Part shown: in pieces, positions 57,949-64,000 of the stretch | How the letters are laid out: the number at the start of each line of letters is the position of its first letter | How positions within the stretch are numbered: the stretch's first letter is position 1 | From: an uncultured Bacteroidota bacterium | Lineage (GTDB): Bacteria > CLD3 > SB21 | Assembly (NCBI GenBank): GCA_964544475.1 | Contig: CAZJBS010000009.1 | Span: forward strand, 11,639-75,638 | Direction of reading: 5' to 3' | DNA length: 64,000 nt | Program-made: the position numbers and the translations under genes | Notes under the pieces: model-generated | Database searches by the model: none | The model's input: the letters and a program-made list of their open reading frames with translations, nothing else | What the model was told of the DNA's origin: nothing

Positions 57949-59286
57949 ATGGCTACGGCTGATGTGCTACAGAGAGAGACCCTCTTCTTTGAAAGGGGGC
58001 GCGAATATGTCGAGGAGTGGGAAGAAAAATATCTGGCGCCCTATGCCTGCCGATCCAGGGACCGTCACACCACGCGACTCAACACGGAAATGCACGATGC
58101 GCACCGCACGGCCTTTCAACGGGACCGCGACCGGATCATCTATTCCAATTCGTTCCGGAACCTGAGCGACAAACGGCAGGTCCTTGTCGAGCAAAACAGC
58201 GAGCACAACCGAAGCCGGCTCACCCACACGGTCGAAGTGGTTCAAGTATCCAAAACGATCTGCAAGGCCATGGGCCTCAACGAAGACCTGGCCGAAGCCA
58301 TTGCTCTGGGTCACGATATCGGTCATCCGCCCTTCGGCCATACCGGCGAATGCGTGCTGGACAGGATTCTCAATGGCGAAGATGATGTGGAAGGCACTCT
58401 GGAACGCCGGGATGTCGGAGGCTTCAAACACAACTACCAGAGCCTGCGGGTTGTCGATATCATCGAAAAGAAATATGGCTACGATGGTCTTAATCTCACC
58501 GCGGTGGTTCGAGAGGGTATTCTAAAGCACACAAGCACCCGGTGTGAACGGTATTCGTATCCGGACATGAATCTGGATCAACTCCACGCGGAATTCCTGA
58601 TGCCGCTGACTCTGGAGGGGCAGGTGGCGGCCATAGCGGACGAAATCGCCCAAAGAACATTTGACCTCGAAGACGCACTCAAAGCCCATTACATCGATCT
58701 CCGGGACATACGGGAGTTGAAGCTCGTTCAGGATGTTGAGGCCATGTGCGGTTTGTCCGCTCTCCTGCCTGACCATCCCGATGAATACATCAACACGCTG
58801 ATCAGCAGTCTCGTGCGCATACTTGTCAATGATGTCATTCAGAACACCATCCGGCGGGTGGAGGAATTCTGTTCACGGAAACAGCGTCGGACGGATTTTG
58901 ACGAATGGCTTGTCATTTTCAGTCTTGATGTCAATCGAAAGCAGAATGAATTGGACTCGTTCCTGCAACGGGAGTTGGGCAATAACTTTGACATGAACCG
59001 GGTCAACAAGAAGAGCGAAAAGGTCATCCGCAAACTCTTCAAGGCCTATTACACGAATCCGTTGCAGATGAGTGACAAGTTCCTAGAAAAGTATACACAT
59101 CGCGCGGTTGGTCCTGATTTTCGACTTCGAAAAGTGGCTCAGAAAGCGGTCACCGAAAGAATCAGGTCGTTCCAGCAGGATCCGTTGTACGTTCGGCACA
59201 TCGTGGACTATATCGGCAGTATGACGGACAGTTATGCGGTTCAGGAATACAAGGCGATTTACATACCTGAAATTACGAGGTTATAA
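57949..59286 (+). CDS. dgt: dNTP triphosphohydrolase (dGTPase family)
   Basis: FQRDRDRI, RSRLTHTVEV, HDIGHPPFGH.GE, HNYQSLR, DYIGSMTD. Confidence 0.9.
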   Translation: MATADVLQRETLFFERGREYVEEWEEKYLAPYACRSRDRHTTRLNTEMHDAHRTAFQRDRDRIIYSNSFRNLSDKRQVLVEQNSEHNRSRLTHTVEVVQVSKTICKAMGLNEDLAEAIALGHDIGHPPFGHTGECVLDRILNGEDDVEGTLERRDVGGFKHNYQSLRVVDIIEKKYGYDGLNLTAVVREGILKHTSTRCERYSYPDMNLDQLHAEFLMPLTLEGQVAAIADEIAQRTFDLEDALKAHYIDLRDIRELKLVQDVEAMCGLSALLPDHPDEYINTLISSLVRILVNDVIQNTIRRVEEFCSRKQRRTDFDEWLVIFSLDVNRKQNELDSFLQRELGNNFDMNRVNKKSEKVIRKLFKAYYTNPLQMSDKFLEKYTHRAVGPDFRLRKVAQKAVTERIRSFQQDPLYVRHIVDYIGSMTDSYAVQEYKAIYIPEITRL

Positions 59287-59301
59287 CCAGGAGGCTGGGT
59301 T

Positions 59302-59493
59302 ATGGATGCGGGATTTCCAAAGTGTTTGAAGTGCGAACGCGGCGTTTTGGTGCCTTTGTCGGACTACGGCAGAGACGGCGCCAGCATTCATTACAAAGCG
59401 TGGGTTTGCACCAATCCCGACTGCGGCTTCAACCTTCGGATTGACAATGGCGAACTGGGCATGGGAAAGAAGCTGGCTCATACCGAGCGCTGA
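59302..59493 (+). CDS. Small zinc-ribbon protein
   Basis: SD AGGAGG; CLKC...WVCTNPDC; 63 aa. Confidence 0.75.
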   Translation: MDAGFPKCLKCERGVLVPLSDYGRDGASIHYKAWVCTNPDCGFNLRIDNGELGMGKKLAHTER

Positions 59494-59514
59494 GATGTCT
59501 CTTCGCACAACATT

Positions 59515-60456
59515 ATGAAGATTCTCAAGAGTTATCGGACATTCGTTTTTTCCGTTTTCGTAGCCTTTTTCCTGTGGTTTTATGTAAAGTCATCATCCCG
59601 TTTTCAGCAGACCATCTCCATTCCCTTGCAGGTTGTCAATGTCAAAGAGGGTTTTGGTGTTGTGTCGGCATTGCCATCTGAAGTGCCTGTAATCTTTGAA
59701 GGAGACGGACGCACGCTATTGGGGCTGAAGTATGTCTACGATATTCGGTTTCAACTGGACATGGCCCAGATCAAAGAGGACCAGGCGATTGTTCTAGGGG
59801 AGCGCCTGGAAAGCGTCATCCTACCGGCCAATGTACCGGCCAGAGTCATGGCCGTCACGTCTCATGACACCATCCGCGTGAGGTATGAACGCTTGGTTGA
59901 AAAGAAGATACCCATACGACCTCAGATTGAAGTTTCATGCGCCCCGGGCTATGTCGCGGTCGGTTCGTTCAGAGTAAGGCCGGACTCGTTGCTGGTTTCC
60001 TGCCCGGTCAGCTTCGCCGATAGCATTTCGGGACTCCCGACCGAAAAACTTGTCTTGGATGAACTCAGCCAAGACAGATCGGTCACAGTAGCCCTTGGTG
60101 TCAAGCCATCATCCCGGGTCCGCTTTGTTGAAACCGAAGTGGCGATCGACGTGGACATTCAGCCGCTGGGCGAGATGGTTATGGATAACCTGCCTGTGCG
60201 GCTTGTCAATGTGCCCGAGGGCATGCGCGTTGTCGTCCAGCCGTCCACGTATTCCATTCGAATTCGTGGCGGAATAGACTTTCTTTCAACGCTGTCACGT
60301 GACAGCATTCAGGTTATTATTGACTACGAGGCCGAACAAAAACTGAATCGAATTGTACCCATGGTCGATGTCAGGGCTCCGTCGGATATTCGATGGAGTC
60401 AGATTACGCCGTCCCGTTTCAACCTGGTGCTCGTGGACGAAACGCCTCTGCCGTGA
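59515..60456 (+). CDS. YbbR/CdaR-like membrane-anchored protein
   Basis: N-terminal TM (FLWFYV) followed by repeated YbbR-like beta modules (PLQVVN, PIRPQI, PDSLLVSCP, PVRLVNVP). Confidence 0.82.
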   Translation: MKILKSYRTFVFSVFVAFFLWFYVKSSSRFQQTISIPLQVVNVKEGFGVVSALPSEVPVIFEGDGRTLLGLKYVYDIRFQLDMAQIKEDQAIVLGERLESVILPANVPARVMAVTSHDTIRVRYERLVEKKIPIRPQIEVSCAPGYVAVGSFRVRPDSLLVSCPVSFADSISGLPTEKLVLDELSQDRSVTVALGVKPSSRVRFVETEVAIDVDIQPLGEMVMDNLPVRLVNVPEGMRVVVQPSTYSIRIRGGIDFLSTLSRDSIQVIIDYEAEQKLNRIVPMVDVRAPSDIRWSQITPSRFNLVLVDETPLP

Positions 60457-60457
60457 T

Positions 60458-61480
60458 ATGACGATCCTCGGCATAGAGACCTCTTGTGATGACACTTCGG
60501 TGGCCGTATTGTCGGACTCATCAGTGTTGTCCAACCTGGTTTCTTCGCAAGTTGGCGGCCATCATTTCGGTGGCATTGTGCCGGAACTTGCCGCCAGAGC
60601 TCACCAAGCCAATCTCCTGCCTGTGGTTCGCGTTGCATTGGCAGAATCCGGGGTGACGAAAAGGCAGATTGACCTTGTCTGCGTCACCAGTGGTCCCGGG
60701 CTGATCGGGAGTTTGATGGTGGGGGTTCAATTTGCCAAGGGACTTGCCTATTCGATCGGCGCGCCGTTGATAGGCGTTCACCACATGGAAGCCCATTTTC
60801 TGGCCGCTTTCATCGGGGACCATCGGGTGGAATTTCCATTCATCGCCCTGATCGTATCCGGCGGCCACACCCTTCTGGTGAAAGCCGAGGCTCTCGGCGA
60901 CTATGCTGTGTTGGGTGAAACCAGGGATGATGCAGCCGGGGAGTGTTTTGACAAAGTGGCCCGCTTCATCGGTCTGGAGCCCCAACCCGGAAGCCTGATG
61001 GCCGGGCCCGTCATCGATCGGCTGGCCGCATCAGGTGACCGGCAGTTTGTCAATTTTCCGCGACCCATGTTGCGTTCGGATGACCTGAATTTCAGCTTCA
61101 GCGGACTTAAGACAGCCGTGATCAACTGCGTGAATCAAGAACCCAGGGCCACCCGATCTGAGGAATACGTGCGCCACATCTGTGCATCATTCCAGGAAGC
61201 CGTCGTGGATGTTTTGACGGAGAAGGCGATGAAGGCCTGCCGTCAGTATGGGATACCGCGGCTGGTTTTGTGCGGTGGAGTGGCCGCCAATTCAAGACTT
61301 AGGGAACGCATGCAGAACATGGCCAAGGATTCCGACTTCGTTTTGGTCATCCCACCAAGGCATTTTTGTACGGACAATGCCGCCATGATCGCATGGACGG
61401 GATGGCTGTACCATAGGAGTGGGCAGGAGTCACCGTCGGTGGTACCACAGGCTTCACTGGCGCTTGGTCAGCAAAAATAA
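60458..61480 (+). CDS. tsaD: tRNA N6-adenosine threonylcarbamoyltransferase TsaD
   Basis: ILGIETSCDDT, GGIVPE, HHMEAH, VSGGHT, DDAAGECFDK, SFSGLKT, GGVAAN, TDNAAMI. Start set at ATG 60458. Confidence 0.97.
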   Translation: MTILGIETSCDDTSVAVLSDSSVLSNLVSSQVGGHHFGGIVPELAARAHQANLLPVVRVALAESGVTKRQIDLVCVTSGPGLIGSLMVGVQFAKGLAYSIGAPLIGVHHMEAHFLAAFIGDHRVEFPFIALIVSGGHTLLVKAEALGDYAVLGETRDDAAGECFDKVARFIGLEPQPGSLMAGPVIDRLAASGDRQFVNFPRPMLRSDDLNFSFSGLKTAVINCVNQEPRATRSEEYVRHICASFQEAVVDVLTEKAMKACRQYGIPRLVLCGGVAANSRLRERMQNMAKDSDFVLVIPPRHFCTDNAAMIAWTGWLYHRSGQESPSVVPQASLALGQQK

Positions 61481-61555
61481 GTCTTGCGTTGCCGTGGCCT
61501 TTCTTCTAACTTAGCCCAAGTTATTGCAAATTTTACTGTTGATACTTCATCAGAG

Positions 61556-63637
61556 GTGACATTGTTCAGAAAAGTTCTTGTATTATGTCTGATGGCTCTG
61601 TTGGGTTGCGAATCCCCCAAGGCGCCGACCTTTTTCACCCGCCTGACCATCCCATTCAGCAAAGACATGTTCGACATTTATGACCTTCGCGACGAGATCG
61701 AAGGTAGCAAGGATTCCATTCGGCTGGTCATTCTAAATGATTCGGTCTTAATTGACATCAGCCGGGCTGTGGACCCCGTCAAAGTGGAGGACAATCTCTC
61801 GGCCGATCCGACGTCGGACTCGACGGAAGGCAGTGTCAACAATGATTTGACGTTTCTCGAGGAGATATCCCAGGACATGTCATTGGGGACGCTTGCGCCA
61901 CCAGCCATACGCAATCTCCATGGTCAGACGGTGCCCATTCCACCGTTCAGTTTTGCCGATGCTTCCGTGGCGATTGGTTTCGATTCTCTGGTGTCCGCGG
62001 GTGCCGTGTCCGGCACGATCACCGCCACGGTTACCAATGGGATACCAGTGACGTTTGATTCGCTCGTCTATCGGTTGGTGGATCTAAATGGACCGGACAC
62101 GATCGCGAGTTTCACCTTTCTGGAATTGGATCCCAATGAGACTCAGAGCCGGTCCTTCACCATTCCATATGATCCGGAATCGCCGGTGAATGTCAATAGT
62201 CCGATCCATGTCTATGCCTCAGGCCATTCGACCGGGTCGAATGGCACACCGGTATTCGTGGACACATCGGATGGGATTCACATGCGAATGGGTTTTGATT
62301 TGATTTGCCGCAATATTACAGGGCTGATTCAACCCCAGGTCCTTGTCCGAACGGATTCGGTCAAGTCGACAAGCAACTCCCTGATTGACTCGGCGAGAAT
62401 ATCCCAGGGGCAGATCACGTTCCAGGTCCGTAATAATGACTTTCCCGTCGGGGCGACGATTGACTACGTATCTCCGGATTTCATAGCCGGAAATGGGGCC
62501 AGTCTGTCAGGAACCATTGCCATTCCATCGGTTCCGGGTGATACAACGCCTCGCTACACCATCGTTTTGGATGGATACACCCTGCGTCCATCCAGGCCGG
62601 CCACCATTGGCAATCAGTATTTCTATTTTTCTTATGTCCTGTCGAGCGAAGGATCATCCGTTCCGATCACTATTCAAAACAATCAGGGCGTTGTAGTGAC
62701 GTCCACGATCGACACGATGAAGTTCGATTGGATATCGGGGACGCTCGCGGAGGAGACCATCGATATTTCACCACGATCCGAGGCCATCAGTATCGAGGAC
62801 ATTGACAGCATCACCCTGACGGCGGCTTACCTTGAAATTATTGCCGAACATAACATTCAATTTCCGATAGCCCTCGATCTGAACATCCTTGGCAAGAAAT
62901 CATCGACCCAGCAGCAGCGGACCGTCCATGTGGTGGGCGATTTTCAACGCTATACAGGGCCTCTCGGCGGCTCCCGCCGGGACACGATCAGGACGGGAAG
63001 CGCCCAATCTGACGAAATCGCCCAGCTATTCAACATCCTTCCGGATTCCATCACCGCGTCCGGATCCGCCGTCATTGGCGATGCGCTGCAAAGCGGAACG
63101 GTAACCCGAAATGATTCGATCAAAGTGACCTTGTCCATCAGGGCCCCGATGGTCTTTTCACTTCCCAATGATTCGACGCGCAATATCATCCGGCCGAAGC
63201 CAAGAAAGATGGACCTGAGCGATCGCGTCCAGGAACTTCTGGCGGACAATGTCGAAAGCGTCAATATGACCGGCCACATTGAGAACCATTTTCCGGTCGG
63301 CGTCGAAGTGCAGTTTTTTATCGACACCGTGGCCCGATCCGATTCGGCGTTTTATGATTCTGCGGTTTTTGTCTATCCGCAAATACCCTTGCGTATCAGC
63401 AAAGCGACGACGCATCCTGTGTCCGGATTGGTTACGGCCCCGACCATCAAAGAGTTGGATTTGCCGTTGGATCAATCGGAATACGAATGGTTGTTCAACT
63501 CACGGGCTGAGAAGTACCGAGGGTTGCGGATTCGTCTCCTTGGCACCGGGGGTACCGTGAAAGTTTCTTCCCGGGATCATGTGAAGATCAATACGGATTT
63601 TGAAGTGGAACTCAAAGTGGACGAGAATCTCCCATGA
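61556..63637 (+). CDS. Large beta-rich hypothetical lipoprotein
   Basis: From GTG 61556: lipobox-like LLGC; Ser/Thr/Asp-rich beta-strand pattern; stop overlaps the next start (ATGA). Confidence 0.75.
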   Translation: MTLFRKVLVLCLMALLGCESPKAPTFFTRLTIPFSKDMFDIYDLRDEIEGSKDSIRLVILNDSVLIDISRAVDPVKVEDNLSADPTSDSTEGSVNNDLTFLEEISQDMSLGTLAPPAIRNLHGQTVPIPPFSFADASVAIGFDSLVSAGAVSGTITATVTNGIPVTFDSLVYRLVDLNGPDTIASFTFLELDPNETQSRSFTIPYDPESPVNVNSPIHVYASGHSTGSNGTPVFVDTSDGIHMRMGFDLICRNITGLIQPQVLVRTDSVKSTSNSLIDSARISQGQITFQVRNNDFPVGATIDYVSPDFIAGNGASLSGTIAIPSVPGDTTPRYTIVLDGYTLRPSRPATIGNQYFYFSYVLSSEGSSVPITIQNNQGVVVTSTIDTMKFDWISGTLAEETIDISPRSEAISIEDIDSITLTAAYLEIIAEHNIQFPIALDLNILGKKSSTQQQRTVHVVGDFQRYTGPLGGSRRDTIRTGSAQSDEIAQLFNILPDSITASGSAVIGDALQSGTVTRNDSIKVTLSIRAPMVFSLPNDSTRNIIRPKPRKMDLSDRVQELLADNVESVNMTGHIENHFPVGVEVQFFIDTVARSDSAFYDSAVFVYPQIPLRISKATTHPVSGLVTAPTIKELDLPLDQSEYEWLFNSRAEKYRGLRIRLLGTGGTVKVSSRDHVKINTDFEVELKVDENLP

Positions 63638-64000
63638 TCATGCATCAACTTCTGAGACCATGGCTTCTCTTCATGACCCTGGTCCTGGCCATTACAAATC
63701 GTTCGATGGCCGGAGGTGATTCGGATACCAGGGCTGTCGGGTTGGCGCGTTCCGGAATGGCGCTTTCGGACCACACGGAGGCTTTCTATTGGAATCCGGC
63801 CAATCTTGGATTCAATAATCCTGCAAAGAAAAAGCCTCTGGTCGTAGACATTTTTTCTTTCGGGTTCCGAATGGCCAACAATGTGATTGGCATTTCAGAG
63901 TATAACAAGTACAATGGTAAGACTTGGACTAGAAATGACAAGCAAGATATTCTGAAGCTGTTCGGGTCGGACGACCACCTTGACTTGAGCATGGAGGGCG
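63634..64000 (+). CDS. Probable outer-membrane protein, DUF5723-like (5' partial)
   Basis: Not in the ORF track because it runs off the window end: MIMHQLLRPWLLFMTLVLA...RAVGLARSGMA...EAFYWNPANLG. Confidence 0.7.
   Translation, partial: MIMHQLLRPWLLFMTLVLAITNRSMAGGDSDTRAVGLARSGMALSDHTEAFYWNPANLGFNNPAKKKPLVVDIFSFGFRMANNVIGISEYNKYNGKTWTRNDKQDILKLFGSDDHLDLSMEG

Noticed and set aside
57949-59286. dGTPase as an antiphage defence island
   Set aside because: Flanked by rpoD, a CdaR-like gene and tsaD; no defence or mobile genes nearby.
1-64000. CRISPR arrays, rRNA genes, IS elements, long tandem repeats
   Set aside because: None seen; the only low-complexity stretches are the TonB poly-Pro linker and the Lys-rich tail at 46891.

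Overview
A gene-dense 64 kb segment of core chromosome from an FCB-superphylum-like bacterium. The lineage is inferred from the short RpoD lacking region 1.1, the TonB style and the DUF5723-type outer-membrane gene; KSB1/Calditrichota-like is plausible. No rRNA, CRISPR array, integrase, transposase or prophage is recognisable. In order, it holds: thrS(3' end)-infC-rpmI-rplT-pheS; ridA, a lipid kinase, a cytoplasmic Cys-rich sensor kinase and a REC-HD-GYP protein; exbB-exbD-exbD-tonB-tonB; tRNA-Ile2(CAT) and a small alarmone hydrolase; lpxK, an NtrC-type regulator and Memo; MoxR and the CCA-adding enzyme; a CheA-less chemosensory cassette running into HAD-queF-REC-HD-GYP-LOG-MFS-methylmalonyl-CoA mutase; recJ, gmhB, an aminotransferase, tRNA-Pro(GGG), pfkA and nnr; three amino-acid transporters from three different families; queG, coaE, hemH, nupC, a transglycosylase, fumC, a sigma factor, dgt, a CdaR-like gene, tsaD and a lipoprotein/outer-membrane pair. 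The most interesting unexplained elements are: (1) a candidate ~65 nt two-hairpin small RNA with its own promoter, terminator and an anti-SD-like loop (31137-31200, minus); (2) the CheA-less chemosensory cassette with a possible HD-GYP output; (3) a soluble histidine kinase with an 8-Cys two-CW domain; (4) a histone-H1-like/YbjN-chaperone fusion; (5) a standalone degenerate HATPase_c-like protein. All family calls come from motif recognition by eye; no database searches were run.
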